Assembly: GCA_965218585.1 (NCBI GenBank)
Contig: CBDCLE010000025.1
Location: 32,001 to 96,000, forward strand
DNA from: Terriglobia bacterium
Lineage (GTDB): Bacteria; Acidobacteriota; Terriglobia; 20CM-2-55-15
Reading direction: 5' to 3'
DNA length: 64,000 bases
The notes under the pieces were generated by a model. The model had not been told where the DNA came from and made no database searches. It saw only the letters and a list, made by a program, of their open reading frames with translations. Positions 1 through 10,304 of this stretch are shown here, piece after piece (the first letter of the stretch is position 1; every line of letters starts with the position of its first letter). The position numbers and the translations under genes were made by a program.

Positions 1-842
1 TGTGCCGGTCGGTCGGTGACAAACTGAATGAGGGACTCCGAGCGCCCCATGATACCAAGCACCTGGCGAACGAGATCGATGTTGGCAACTTCTTCGCCCC
101 CGCCGATGTTATAGACCTCCCCGTCTCTGCCTCGCGTAATCGCCTCCCAGACACCCCGGGAATGGTCATCGACATAGATCCACTCACGACGATTCAATCC
201 CTCACCATAGACGGGAATCGGCGCCTCCTCCATGGCGTTGGTGATCATTAAAGGAATGAACTTCTCGGGGAACTGATACGGGCCGTAATTATTCGAACAT
301 CGCGTCACAACGGCGGGAAACCGGTGCGTCTTGGCGTGGCTCAACACGATCAGGTCCGCAGCCGCCTTAGTCGCCGAGTAAGGATTGGTCGGATTAATCG
401 GGGTGTCCTCACGAAAATGCCCTTCAGGACCGAGGCTGCCGTAAACCTCGTCAGTCGATATCTGCACGTAACGCGACACGCCCTTTCTGCGCGATGTATC
501 AATCAGGCACTGGGTCCCGACAACGTTCGAGCGGACGAACGGGCCGGCGTCTACGATGGATCGGTCCACATGGGTTTCGGCTGCAAAATTGACAACGACA
601 TCCACGGTGTTCTGATCGAAAACGTTCTCAAGCCGTTCCGCGTCGGCGATGTCTCCCCGAACGAAGGCATAGCGCTCGTCGGTGGCCACCTCCTCATTGT
701 TCTTGAGGTTTCCAGCGTAGGTCAGCAGATCGTAGTTGATTACAAGAACGTCGGCTTGGTCAGCAAGAACATAACGAATGAAATTCGAACCGATGAATCC
801 AGATCCACCCGTTACTAGAATCGTCTGACCGCTTTTTCCCAT
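1..842 (-). CDS. rfbB: dTDP-glucose 4,6-dehydratase (3' end runs off the window)
   Basis: Manual minus-strand translation from ATG 842 gives MGKSGQTILVTGGSGFIGSNFIRY, later STDEVYG, YSATKA and RCSNNYGPYQFPEKFIP. Lies next to rfbA. Confidence 0.93.
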   Translation of the reverse strand, partial: MGKSGQTILVTGGSGFIGSNFIRYVLADQADVLVINYDLLTYAGNLKNNEEVATDERYAFVRGDIADAERLENVFDQNTVDVVVNFAAETHVDRSIVDAGPFVRSNVVGTQCLIDTSRRKGVSRYVQISTDEVYGSLGPEGHFREDTPINPTNPYSATKAAADLIVLSHAKTHRFPAVVTRCSNNYGPYQFPEKFIPLMITNAMEEAPIPVYGEGLNRREWIYVDDHSRGVWEAITRGRDGEVYNIGGGEEVANIDLVRQVLGIMGRSESLIQFVTDRPA

Positions 843-852
843 CTACTGTTTA

Positions 853-1635
853 CTATCTTTCGATCAGCGCCAAAGCCGACTTGCGGATGGTCTCCATGGA
901 AATCTCATCAGAAACACCACCACGCTGCCCGGCCACCAGGATATTCGTACGCAATAGAGAATCGAATGTCCCGGCATCGGACCACCAACCATCGACGACC
1001 TCGTAGCTCATCTTGCCTGCCTCTATATAGGCATTGTTGACGTCTGTGATTTCAAGCTCGCCTCGGCCGGAAGGCTCAAGAGTCTTGATGATCTTAAAGA
1101 CCTCCGGGTCATACATGTAGACGCCTGTAACGGCATAATCCGATTTTGGCTCGGAGGGTTTCTCTTCGATCTTTAAGACCCGGTCTCCCTCAAGAACCGG
1201 GACACCGAAGCGCTGGGGGTTATCGACTTCCTTCAAATGGACTCTAGCCCCACCGCCCTGAACCTGGTACGCCTCGACCGACCGTTTGAAGCTGTTTTCG
1301 TAAACGTTGTCGCCGAGGATAACGCAGATCGAGTCCTCATCTGCGAAATGCTCTGCCAGTGACAACGCATCTGCGATACCGCCCTCACCTTCCTGGTAGG
1401 TGTAGTCCAGATGCCTGAGGCCGAACTCCTTGCCATTACCGAGCAGTTTCAGAAAGTCGCCCGCGTTGTTCCCGCCCGTCACAACCAGGATTTCGTGAAT
1501 ACCGGCGTCCACCAGGCTCTGGATCGGGTAATAGATCATCGGCCGATCGTAGATGGGCAGCAAATGCTTATTCGTAATCTTCGTAAGAGGATGGAGTCGG
1601 GTTCCGAGACCACCCGCCAATACGATTCCTTTCAT
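853..1635 (-). CDS. rfbA: glucose-1-phosphate thymidylyltransferase (short RmlA/SpsI type)
   Basis: MKGIVLAGGLGTRLHPLT..NKHLLPIYD, EKP and GRGELEITD motifs. Start placed at ATG 1635. Confidence 0.9.
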   Translation of the reverse strand: MKGIVLAGGLGTRLHPLTKITNKHLLPIYDRPMIYYPIQSLVDAGIHEILVVTGGNNAGDFLKLLGNGKEFGLRHLDYTYQEGEGGIADALSLAEHFADEDSICVILGDNVYENSFKRSVEAYQVQGGGARVHLKEVDNPQRFGVPVLEGDRVLKIEEKPSEPKSDYAVTGVYMYDPEVFKIIKTLEPSGRGELEITDVNNAYIEAGKMSYEVVDGWWSDAGTFDSLLRTNILVAGQRGGVSDEISMETIRKSALALIER

Positions 1636-1726
1636 GTGACCCTCAACCACGGAGATCCAGGGGCATATAGAATCTCATTCTTTCCTCTTTTCACGCTCTT
1701 ATCACCTCGACCTCGGGTCTGCTCGA

Positions 1727-3145
1727 CTACTGATTGAAAAAGGCCTGAAAACCCTTGTGCAATTCCCACAAATCCACCTTGGAAGAAACCTCAAGCGGAG
1801 AATGCATGCTGACGATCCCGATCCCGACGTCGATGACGTCCATGTTCTGTCCGGCAAACCAGGCCGCGATCGTCCCGCCGCCGTACCCGGCATCGTATGA
1901 GTGAGTCTGCCATTTAACGTCCGAGCGGTCGAGTATCCCCCGAATTTTGGCAAAGAACTCGGAGTTGGCCTCCCGTCCAGCACCATATTCCTTGACGACC
2001 AAGCCGTAACCCAAAAGCGAAGTCAGGTTCTGATTCTGCGGACTCGGAAACAGTGGATTTAGCGCAGTTGTAGTGTCGCTGACCAACACTTCCGTGTTGC
2101 GGTAAGAGCGCCGTAGAAGAAGGTCGTTAAAACTTCCGGACTGTAAAGCGATCAACTCGGAAACGAGCGTCGTAAACCATGCTGAGTTGACTCCCGTATT
2201 CCAGGAACCGGTCTCTTCATTGTTCACTGCGTAGGCAACCACCGTGTGGACTGGAACGTCCACTTCTGAAATCGACCGCAGGCTGACGTATCCGGTCGAT
2301 CGGTCATCCTGTCCATAGGCCGCAACCAATGCCCGATCGAGTCCCACGTCTCGAGGTAGGGTTGCGGGAACGATCTGAATGTCGGCCGACAGGAAATCCG
2401 TCGCGTCTATCCCATACTCTTCCTGAAACAACGCCAGCAGACGGGCGGTCGCGTCGTCGTCCTCACTGTCCTTGTCCGGCGGAAGCGAAGCGATAATGGG
2501 TTCAAGCTCTTCGGTTCGGATAACATCGCGCTGGCTTCGATCCCGGTAGTCGTCATCAACATGCGGTGCAAGATCGGTAATCAACAGAATGGGGTCGTCC
2601 GGCTCGGTTCCCACCTCGATCCAAAGGGTCGTTCCGTCTGTCTTGTCGACACGTCCGATCATAGCCAGGGGAACGTTCACCCATTGGTAATTCTTGATGC
2701 CACCATGAACCTGCGTGTCGACGGTAACGACCCCACTGCGCTCACGAAGAGGGCGGGTCTTGAACTCGATTCTCGGCGAATCGATATGGGTATTAACGAT
2801 GCGCATCCCTTCTTCGAGCGGCTCCGAACCCACAACAAACAACACAAGCGTGCGATCCCGATTCACGGCGTACCACCGGGATCCGGGAACCAATTCGGAG
2901 GCGTCAACATCAGCGGACCATTCGGCGAACCCTTCCGATTCGGCGAATACGATACCCTCGCGGACAAACCACATTTCGCTCTTTGCCCGACCCATGAAGT
3001 CTTTGAATTCCTCTCCGAACGCCATCACTTCGGAACGTTCACGAGGACCGAGGTCTGGCCATGCGGAGCTAAACCCAAAATCCTGGCCGCTGGCAGGAAT
3101 GGCGAGCACAAGCGCTATCGCTAAACCGACTAGTGTACTTTTCAT
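1727..3145 (-). CDS. M18 family aminopeptidase with N-terminal signal peptide
   Basis: HIDSP, GQDDR, EETGS and SMHSPLE metal-ligand motifs. Start at ATG 3145 (MKSTLVGLAIALVLAIPASG) with GGAG upstream. Confidence 0.85.
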   Translation of the reverse strand: MKSTLVGLAIALVLAIPASGQDFGFSSAWPDLGPRERSEVMAFGEEFKDFMGRAKSEMWFVREGIVFAESEGFAEWSADVDASELVPGSRWYAVNRDRTLVLFVVGSEPLEEGMRIVNTHIDSPRIEFKTRPLRERSGVVTVDTQVHGGIKNYQWVNVPLAMIGRVDKTDGTTLWIEVGTEPDDPILLITDLAPHVDDDYRDRSQRDVIRTEELEPIIASLPPDKDSEDDDATARLLALFQEEYGIDATDFLSADIQIVPATLPRDVGLDRALVAAYGQDDRSTGYVSLRSISEVDVPVHTVVAYAVNNEETGSWNTGVNSAWFTTLVSELIALQSGSFNDLLLRRSYRNTEVLVSDTTTALNPLFPSPQNQNLTSLLGYGLVVKEYGAGREANSEFFAKIRGILDRSDVKWQTHSYDAGYGGGTIAAWFAGQNMDVIDVGIGIVSMHSPLEVSSKVDLWELHKGFQAFFNQ

Positions 3146-3295
3146 AATATTCACTCCGCGTTTTACAGTGGAATAGGTGATGTGGAAGCAGATTGTATCG
3201 CACTCTCCCCCTGTGGACTGATTCCTCTGTCCCCAAGCCACAATCTGCGACGCAGCCGAATGCCCGTCGCCGTGGACCACAGGAGTCTGTCCTGC

Positions 3296-4402
3296 TTACG
3301 CGTTCCGGATACCAGCCTCCACCATTCCTGCAAACAGGTCTTCATACTGACCCGTGACTACGTCCCATGAATACCGCGCCTCAACCCTCAAACGGGTTCG
3401 GTTGCGATAGAGGGCGACGCGCTCCGGTTTCGCCAAGACCTGTTGTAACAATTGTGTAAGACCAGGGGCATCATCGAAATACAGGCCCGTCGAATCGAGA
3501 ACCTCCCGGTGTTCGGGAGTATCTTTGGCCAGGACGCAGTTCCCCGCCCCCATCGCCTCCAGCAGAGCCGGATGTGTTCCCCCGACTTCAGTCGCCTGGA
3601 AATAGAGGTATGCGTGTGACCGCAACTCCAGGCAGCCGTCTCCGTATATCGCACCGGTAAACTGCACCCGATCGTCCGCTATGGATTTCAGATGCCGTAT
3701 GTACCCGGCCGCATAAGGGGCATCACCGACGATGACCAGCGGCATGACTGTCTCCACGCTCCGGTAAGCTTCGATCACCAGATGCGCATTGTTTTCCGGC
3801 TCCAGTCGACTCACGTAGAGCAGGTAATTCCGGCTCCGAAGACCAAGGGCCTCTATGAATTCCGTGCTCTCGGCCCGGCGGCAATCCGCTCCGTAGGCGA
3901 TCATCGCCGAGGGCGTATGGTGGCGATCCAGAAAATAGTCCTCCATGACTGCGGCATCAGTGACGACGACATTTGGGAGTAACGTCGCCAGGTATTCGGA
4001 AATCTTGTAATAGGTCCGACCGGCAACACCCCACTTCCCGCGCTTTCTCTCAATCCCGTCAACATTAAGCGCGATCGGAATCCCACCCAGACGAGGCACG
4101 ATCGAGAAAATGGCATTGGCCGCATTACACATCAGGATGACGTCGTAATCGGCAACCAGAGCGTGAAAGACCGACAGAAACGTGTGAGTCACTGTATCGA
4201 GGTGCTTGGTTGAAATCGTCGGAAGCACCACGAGTTGAACACCACGGTAAATCCTGTGCGCATGTCTTACATTGTTGCTGCGGCCGTAGACTGTCACCCG
4301 ATGGCCGCCCTCGACCAGGCGCGTGGAAAGCTCTTCAGCGAAGGTTTCAAAACCCCCGTAGTTGGCTGGGATGCCTCGTGTGCCGACGATGGCTATGTTC
4401 AT
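3296..4402 (-). CDS. GT4 glycosyltransferase (DUF1972-type)
   Basis: GTRGIPANYGGFETF N-terminus, RLEPENN and GGTHPALLEAM motifs. Confidence 0.9.
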   Translation of the reverse strand: MNIAIVGTRGIPANYGGFETFAEELSTRLVEGGHRVTVYGRSNNVRHAHRIYRGVQLVVLPTISTKHLDTVTHTFLSVFHALVADYDVILMCNAANAIFSIVPRLGGIPIALNVDGIERKRGKWGVAGRTYYKISEYLATLLPNVVVTDAAVMEDYFLDRHHTPSAMIAYGADCRRAESTEFIEALGLRSRNYLLYVSRLEPENNAHLVIEAYRSVETVMPLVIVGDAPYAAGYIRHLKSIADDRVQFTGAIYGDGCLELRSHAYLYFQATEVGGTHPALLEAMGAGNCVLAKDTPEHREVLDSTGLYFDDAPGLTQLLQQVLAKPERVALYRNRTRLRVEARYSWDVVTGQYEDLFAGMVEAGIRNA

Positions 4403-4570
4403 CAGAAGCTTTCAGCAGGATCGGAAGCCCTGCGATCAGTTTTATCCGATTGAGCTCGGAGTCGAACGCTGACGGCTGATTGCACTGAAAACCTCAAAGA
4501 TCTTCGGATAGCACCTCTCCGAGCGTGCCATTATAGCCGCAGCCGATCGCGCGGCAGGAACCGATCACAT

Positions 4571-5708
4571 ATGAAAGATATCCTTCAGGAACTCGAAGCG
4601 ATGCAACCGGAAGCCGTTCAGCTTCTCGAGCGCATCGTCAAACTGGAATCACCCAGCTACAACGAGGCACTGGTCAACAGGCTGGTCGAGTTCCTGGCCG
4701 ATGAGTTTGGAAGACTCGGGGGCGAGATAACCCGAATTCCTGAGAAAGATCGGGGCGACCATCTGGTGATCGATTTCCCGGGCGAGAGCGATACTCCGAT
4801 CATGCTTCTCGGACATACCGACACGGTCTGGCCAGAAGGGACGCTCGCCCAGCGCCCGTTCACGATCACCGGCAACATCGCAACCGGCCCCGGAGTGTTC
4901 GACATGAAGGCCGGAATCGTGATGATGTGGATGACGATCCGCGCTCTGCTCAAGGTTCGGGGCCCTCTGCCACACCCCCTGTCTATACTCCTCATAAGCG
5001 ATGAAGAGGTCGGAAGTCCAGGATCCCGGGCGCTTGTCCGGAGTCGAGCCGAAGAGGTGAGAGCCGTACTCGTGATGGAGCCGCCCCTGCCGGGTGGCGA
5101 TCTCAAGACAACGCGAAACGGAATGGGACGTTTTGTCGTAAAAGCTTTCGGAAAGGCGGCCCACACCGGTATTAACCCACAGGACGGCGTGAACGCAGTC
5201 GAGGAAATCGCCCACCAGATTATGCGCATTCGCGAACTCGGCGATGTAGAAAAAGGCACGACCGTCACGGTGGCCGTTGTCGAAGGAGGCACCCGACCTA
5301 ACGTCGTTCCCGAGGAATGCTTTATACAGGTGGATGCGCGCACGCCAACCAACTCCGAAGCCGAACGGATAACCGAGTTGATCCACTCGCTCGAACCCGT
5401 CCTCGAAGGGGCCCGCCTTGAAATAGAAGGGGCATTCCGGAGGCCGCCGCTTGAGCCGACTCCAGGGAAACATGAAGCTCTTTGACTGCGCCCGAGGCGT
5501 AGCCCGCGACCTGGATCGCAAACTCCAGAACGGGGCCACCGGGGGCACATCAGACGGCAACCTCACGTCGGCAATGGGTGTCCCGACGCTGGATGGCCTG
5601 GGAGCTGTGGGGTTGGGCGCACACCAGGTGGAAGAGCAGGTTGAAATATCCTCACTCCCATGGCGGGCAGCAATTGTCGCCGGGCTGATCGAGCGAATAG
5701 GAAAATAG
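4571..5708 (+). CDS. M20 metallopeptidase (glutamate carboxypeptidase-like), one frameshift near 5465-5470
   Basis: GHTDTV, DMKAG and DEEVGS lie in ORF 4571-5485. The C-terminal GGTSDGN..GAHQVEE lies in ORF 5451-5708. An extra base in CCAGGGAAAC separates the two. Confidence 0.85.
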
Positions 5709-5721
5709 CCGACCCCGTCGT

Positions 5722-5751
5722 TTGACAACTGAATTTAAGCGGACCTAAAAT
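5722..5751 (+). promoter_or_regulatory. sigma70-type promoter for the DHH-dtd genes
   Basis: TTGACA (5722-5727), 18-nt spacer, TAAAAT (5746-5751), in the intergenic gap. Confidence 0.6.
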
Positions 5752-5840
5752 TAAAGGCTGGCTGGCTACCTGGATTTGACACAGGTGGGATACAGGCACC
5801 TTCGGACCGAAGGTGCATTTTTATTGCCTTCGAAAACTAT

Positions 5841-7232
5841 ATGCGGTCTGTTGTCTATATTGAGGAAGACTATATCGCGGGTCTTCTCAAAGACTACTTC
5901 GTCGATAACGGTCAAACCACGTACATCGTCGTCGACCCTGCAGCCAAGCGCCACCTGGCCTCACACGGTCAGGAGGTCTCCCTGGCAGGGCGCAACAACT
6001 CCTCACTCAAGAAACAACTCAAGACGAACAATCTCGACATTCTCCTGGTCCAATCCGACGACTTTCAACGTATCGAAGGTGTTCTCGATCTCGTCCGTGA
6101 ACACGGACAGCGGGTTCCCACACTGGTCATAACCGCAGAACAGGAAAGGGTTTCCGAGCATGCCCGGTTCGTGCGCTGCATAACGATGCAGGAGCTGTTG
6201 GAGGGTAACCTCCGCTGGCAGATGGTCCTGGCTCAGACAGCCCGGAGCATCGAAAGCATCCAGGAACACTTCGAAGAAGCCGATTCTGTCCTTATCCTTC
6301 TCCAGGACGATCCCGATCCCGACGCGATCGCCAGTGGGCTTGCCCTCAGGCAAGTCCTTGGTCGGAACAAGCAGACCGCCACGATCGGCACTTTTGGCAG
6401 AGTGACGCGACCTGAAAACATCGCGATGGCGAAACTGCTCGAAATCGAAGTTGAGCAACTCACTCCTGAGCGCTGCGAAGGGTTCGATCGAATCGCACTG
6501 GTTGATCTGCAACCACCACACATACGGACTGATTTACCCCGCATCGACCTCGTTGTCGACCATCATCCCGAACAGTTCGGGTATGAAACCACGATCAGGG
6601 ATGTCCGTCCCGACTATGGTGCAACCGCAACGATCCTGCTCGAATACCTGCTGTGCATGGGGAACAACGTGGGGACCCGGCTTGCGACAGCGTTGTTGTA
6701 CGGGATCAAGAGCGATACGTTCCTCCTCGGAAGGGAGACCAACGAGTGGGATGTCGAAGCCTTTTCATACGTTTATCCGCTTGCGAACCAGAACCTTTTG
6801 CGGCGGATCGAGCGGCCTGAACTGCCCCCGGCGGCGATCGACGCTCTCGGCCGGGCGCTGAAGACCCGCCAGATCAGCGACAAAGTCGCCTTCGTGAACC
6901 TGGGCCGGGTCGAACGCGAGGACCTCATCCCTCAAATCGCCGATTTCTGTCTTCAGTTTGAAGGAATCGAATGGACTGTCGTCAGCGGGATATTTGAATC
7001 CAATCTCGTCATATCCGTACGCAATGTCGGCTATGTCAGGGCCGCCGGGAAGGTCCTCAAGGATGCATTCGGCCATCTGGGGTCTGCCGGTGGGCATGCA
7101 TCGATGGCCAAGGCGATCATTCCTCTGTCCGAACTTCGCTCGAAGTGGAAAACTGACGCGCGCAGCACTCGCTTCATTAGTGACAAACTGCAACGGGAAT
7201 TCCTCAGAAGTCTTAGAAATTCAAGCAAATGA
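5841..7232 (+). CDS. DHH-family phosphoesterase (NrnA-like) with extra N-terminal alpha/beta domain
   Basis: DDPDPDAIASG, VVDHH, GIKSDT and SAGGH motifs. Confidence 0.85.
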   Translation: MRSVVYIEEDYIAGLLKDYFVDNGQTTYIVVDPAAKRHLASHGQEVSLAGRNNSSLKKQLKTNNLDILLVQSDDFQRIEGVLDLVREHGQRVPTLVITAEQERVSEHARFVRCITMQELLEGNLRWQMVLAQTARSIESIQEHFEEADSVLILLQDDPDPDAIASGLALRQVLGRNKQTATIGTFGRVTRPENIAMAKLLEIEVEQLTPERCEGFDRIALVDLQPPHIRTDLPRIDLVVDHHPEQFGYETTIRDVRPDYGATATILLEYLLCMGNNVGTRLATALLYGIKSDTFLLGRETNEWDVEAFSYVYPLANQNLLRRIERPELPPAAIDALGRALKTRQISDKVAFVNLGRVEREDLIPQIADFCLQFEGIEWTVVSGIFESNLVISVRNVGYVRAAGKVLKDAFGHLGSAGGHASMAKAIIPLSELRSKWKTDARSTRFISDKLQREFLRSLRNSSK

Positions 7233-7678
7233 GGGCGGTTGTCCAGAGAGTCTCTTCGGCAGGTGTTCGAATCGGGGGCCGGAAGCACTCCACAATCGGC
7301 ATGGGCCTGCTCGTCCTGGTCGGCGTGGAGCGTGACGATACCGATTCTGACGCTGCGAGCCTGGCCAAGAGAGTCGTGGAACTCCGTGTTTTCGAAGATG
7401 ACAGCGGCCGCATGAATCGCTCCCTCCTCGAGATCGGAGGACAGCTCCTGGCCGTTTCACAGTTCACCTTGCTCGGAGATGGGCGCAAAGGCCGCCGCCC
7501 GTCCTTCGTTCGAGCGGCCCCGCCCGATGAAGCCCGGAGACTATACGAGCTTTTCGTCAATGCCGTCGATGAGGCCGGCGTCGGCGTTTCAACAGGCGTC
7601 TTCAGGGAAATGATGGATGTAGAACTCGTCAACAACGGGCCGGTCACCATCCTGCTGGACACCCGGAAAGCATTCTAG
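7229..7678 (+). CDS. dtd: D-aminoacyl-tRNA deacylase
   Basis: MRAVVQRV, SQFTL and NNGPVT signature motifs. ATGA overlap with the upstream gene. Confidence 0.96.
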   Translation: MRAVVQRVSSAGVRIGGRKHSTIGMGLLVLVGVERDDTDSDAASLAKRVVELRVFEDDSGRMNRSLLEIGGQLLAVSQFTLLGDGRKGRRPSFVRAAPPDEARRLYELFVNAVDEAGVGVSTGVFREMMDVELVNNGPVTILLDTRKAF

Positions 7679-7833
7679 CGGCGGTGGCACTCCGCACAAG
7701 AACCACCTCTCGCGAGGTGAATTCCAGGCTCGAAAAACAGGGTCCTCTGCGCCTTGGTACCTCTGTACTTTACGGACACCATCAGATTACGTTAAAAAAG
7801 CGTCTAAATTCCTGTTTTTCTGGTGGTTCGGAG

Positions 7834-7862
7834 TTGACCCGGAGGCGTCAATTTCCTATTCT
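7834..7862 (+). promoter_or_regulatory. sigma70-type promoter of the respiratory operon, with overlapping inverted repeat
   Basis: TTGACC, 17-nt spacer, TATTCT. TTGAC-N8-GTCAA palindrome at 7834-7851. Confidence 0.5.
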
Positions 7863-7911
7863 GCAAGGTTCGCCCCTGTGGGCGAAGATTGCCTATTTTT
7901 GCGTTTGTTAA

Positions 7912-8808
7912 ATGGACTCTAACGGTAACCCGATTTCGATGCCTCCGCAGGATGACCTGACCGAGGTAGAGAAGCCTACTTCGCTGCTTATAGCGCAGTT
8001 CTTTCTGTTCCCGCTCATCGTTATTGCGTTCGGGATCGGCATTTTTGTCCTGTTTGGCTTTGTCGCTTACGACCAGAAGGCTCCGGAAGCCTACCTGCAA
8101 GAAATCCGTCAGGGTTCAGCAGGTTCCCCATTTGACACGCGCCGGTGGCAGGCTGCACTTGAACTCTCGAGAGTCATTGCAGCCGACAGCGGTGAACTCA
8201 GAAGCTCGGGTTTCGGGCTGGAGCTCCTGGAGGTGTACAAGAACGCAAAGGCAGACGATCCTCGTATTCGCCAGTTCCTGGCCGTGAGCCTCGGACATCT
8301 TGGGGATCCGGCAGCCGTTCCGGCCCTGATCGAAGGTCTCTCTGACCCAGCTGTAGAAACGCAGATCTGGACACTCTGGTCACTTGGATCGATTGGGGAT
8401 CGGTCTGCAGCACAGTCGGTCGTCCCCATGACCCAGAACAGCGACGCCGGAGTTCGGAAGATGGCCGTTTACATACTGGGAACCCTTGAGGATCCGGCGA
8501 CGATTCGTGATCTGCAGGTGGCCCTCAACGATCCGGCAGCGGACGTTCGGTGGAACGCGGCTATGGCACTGGCTCAGATGAAAGACGCTGCGGGCGCTGA
8601 AATACTACTGGAACTCACGGACCGCAACTACCTGTTGCAGTTCGGGGATATATCCGCAGAAGAACGCGACAACGTCATCGTAAACGCGGTTAAGAGCCTC
8701 GGCATGCTGAAGCTCGAAGGGGCCAGGGACCGCCTTGCTTCTTTGAGCAAGAGCGATCCGAGTTTGACCGTCCGGGATGCCGCACTGGAAGCATTGGAGA
8801 CGTACTAG
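7912..8808 (+). CDS. membrane-anchored HEAT-repeat protein
   Basis: One N-terminal TM helix followed by repeated LG..D..VR..A..ALG units. Confidence 0.8.
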   Translation: MDSNGNPISMPPQDDLTEVEKPTSLLIAQFFLFPLIVIAFGIGIFVLFGFVAYDQKAPEAYLQEIRQGSAGSPFDTRRWQAALELSRVIAADSGELRSSGFGLELLEVYKNAKADDPRIRQFLAVSLGHLGDPAAVPALIEGLSDPAVETQIWTLWSLGSIGDRSAAQSVVPMTQNSDAGVRKMAVYILGTLEDPATIRDLQVALNDPAADVRWNAAMALAQMKDAAGAEILLELTDRNYLLQFGDISAEERDNVIVNAVKSLGMLKLEGARDRLASLSKSDPSLTVRDAALEALETY

Positions 8809-8868
8809 GCGATTAGTTTTGATTCGTTTTTTTATTACTGACTAGGGTAAGCAAGAGGAGTCATAAAC

Positions 8869-9423
8869 ATGAGCAATGAAAATCCTCCGGCGCCGCCAAA
8901 ATCCCCGGCCGCGAAGCCAAAGGCGCCAGTTAAGAAAGAAGCGTCGCGCAGGTCTTTTCTTTCATGGATGAGCGTGGCATGGATGGCTTTTACGGCGTCC
9001 GTTCTCGCCTCGACCGCAGCAACGGCGCGGTTTATGTTCCCGAACGTTCTGTTTGAACCTCCCTCGAGTTTTCGAGCGGGAACGCCGGACGTCATCCAGG
9101 TTGGACAGGTCGATGAAAGGTTTAAGGATCAGTTTGGTGTCTGGCTCGTCCGCGACGAGGGTGGACTCTACGCCCTGTCGACGACGTGCACGCACCTCGG
9201 TTGTACGCCGAACTGGCTGGAGGCCGAACAGAAGTTCAAGTGTCCGTGCCATGGGAGCGGTTTTTACAAGACCGGCATTAATTTCGAAGGCCCGGCCCCG
9301 CGGCCCCTGGAACGCCATACGATCAGCCTGGCCGAGGACGGCCAGATCGTCGTGGACAAGAGTCAGAAGTACCAGCAAGAAAAAGGCCAGTGGGAACTTC
9401 CTGGAGCCTATTTGCCTCTGTAA
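8869..9423 (+). CDS. Rieske 2Fe-2S subunit of a Rieske/cytochrome b complex
   Basis: Tat motif SRRSFL, CTHLGC and CPCHGS boxes, GPAPRPL. Confidence 0.95.
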   Translation: MSNENPPAPPKSPAAKPKAPVKKEASRRSFLSWMSVAWMAFTASVLASTAATARFMFPNVLFEPPSSFRAGTPDVIQVGQVDERFKDQFGVWLVRDEGGLYALSTTCTHLGCTPNWLEAEQKFKCPCHGSGFYKTGINFEGPAPRPLERHTISLAEDGQIVVDKSQKYQQEKGQWELPGAYLPL

Positions 9424-9476
9424 GGTTTTCGGATCATTCTGTTTTTGAATAATTCTTTAGGTAGTCAGGTCCTTTT

Positions 9477-10289
9477 ATGAGTCAACTCAAAGAGTTTTTG
9501 TCTAAGCTTTCGCCCGCGAGCATCGGCGATTCGATACAGAAAAGCCAGGTTTACCGCTCGATCTTCCGGGTCGGTGTTCCCAGTTCCGACCGTAAGCGAA
9601 TGCTGGTCATGCTGGGGAACGTGTTTCTCCATCTTCATCCGGTGAAGGTCCGGAAGTCGGGAATCCGGCTCCGCTTTACCTGGTGCATGGGAGGAATCAC
9701 TTTCTTCCTGTTTCTCGTACTTACTTTCACCGGTCTGCTGCTGATGTTCTACTACCGGCCGACACTGGAATACGCGTACGTCGATATCATCGATCTTCGC
9801 GAACAGGTACCGCTCGGAATCATGCGTGAACTTCACCGCTGGGGCGCACACGCCATGGTCATCTCGGTCTGGCTGCACATGTTCCGTGTCTTCATGACTG
9901 GGTCTTACAAGCCACCCCGGGAATTCAATTGGGGTGTCGGCGTGATCCTGCTCGTCCTCACACTCCTGTTAAGTTTCACAGGATATTTGCTCCCGTGGGA
10001 TCAGTTGGCGATGTGGGCTATAACGGTCGGCTCCAACATGGCGAGAGCAACGCCGTTTTTCGGATACGAAGGGCCCGGTGCTGCATTACTCCAACTGGGC
10101 GACGTCAGCCTGGTCAACAGCACGAGCGACGCACGCTTCGCCCTGCTGGGCGGCACGTTTGTCGGAGAAGGCGCCCTCCTCCGCTTCTACGTTCTGCACT
10201 GTGTTGGCCTGCCGCTGGTAGCAGGATTTCTGATGGCCGTTCACTTCTGGCGTATACGCCGTGACGGCGGAATCTCCGGTCCACTATAG
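9477..10289 (+). CDS. cytochrome b/b6 N-terminal subunit
   Basis: [31 protein letters not shown] heme ligands, GISGPL end. Confidence 0.93.
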   Translation: MSQLKEFLSKLSPASIGDSIQKSQVYRSIFRVGVPSSDRKRMLVMLGNVFLHLHPVKVRKSGIRLRFTWCMGGITFFLFLVLTFTGLLLMFYYRPTLEYAYVDIIDLREQVPLGIMRELHRWGAHAMVISVWLHMFRVFMTGSYKPPREFNWGVGVILLVLTLLLSFTGYLLPWDQLAMWAITVGSNMARATPFFGYEGPGAALLQLGDVSLVNSTSDARFALLGGTFVGEGALLRFYVLHCVGLPLVAGFLMAVHFWRIRRDGGISGPL

Positions 10290-10304
10290 AAAGCGGGAAC
10301 AGTC

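Noticed and set aside
7684-7911. 75-aa ORF upstream of the HEAT gene
   Set aside because: It has no ribosome site or motifs and spans the predicted promoter.
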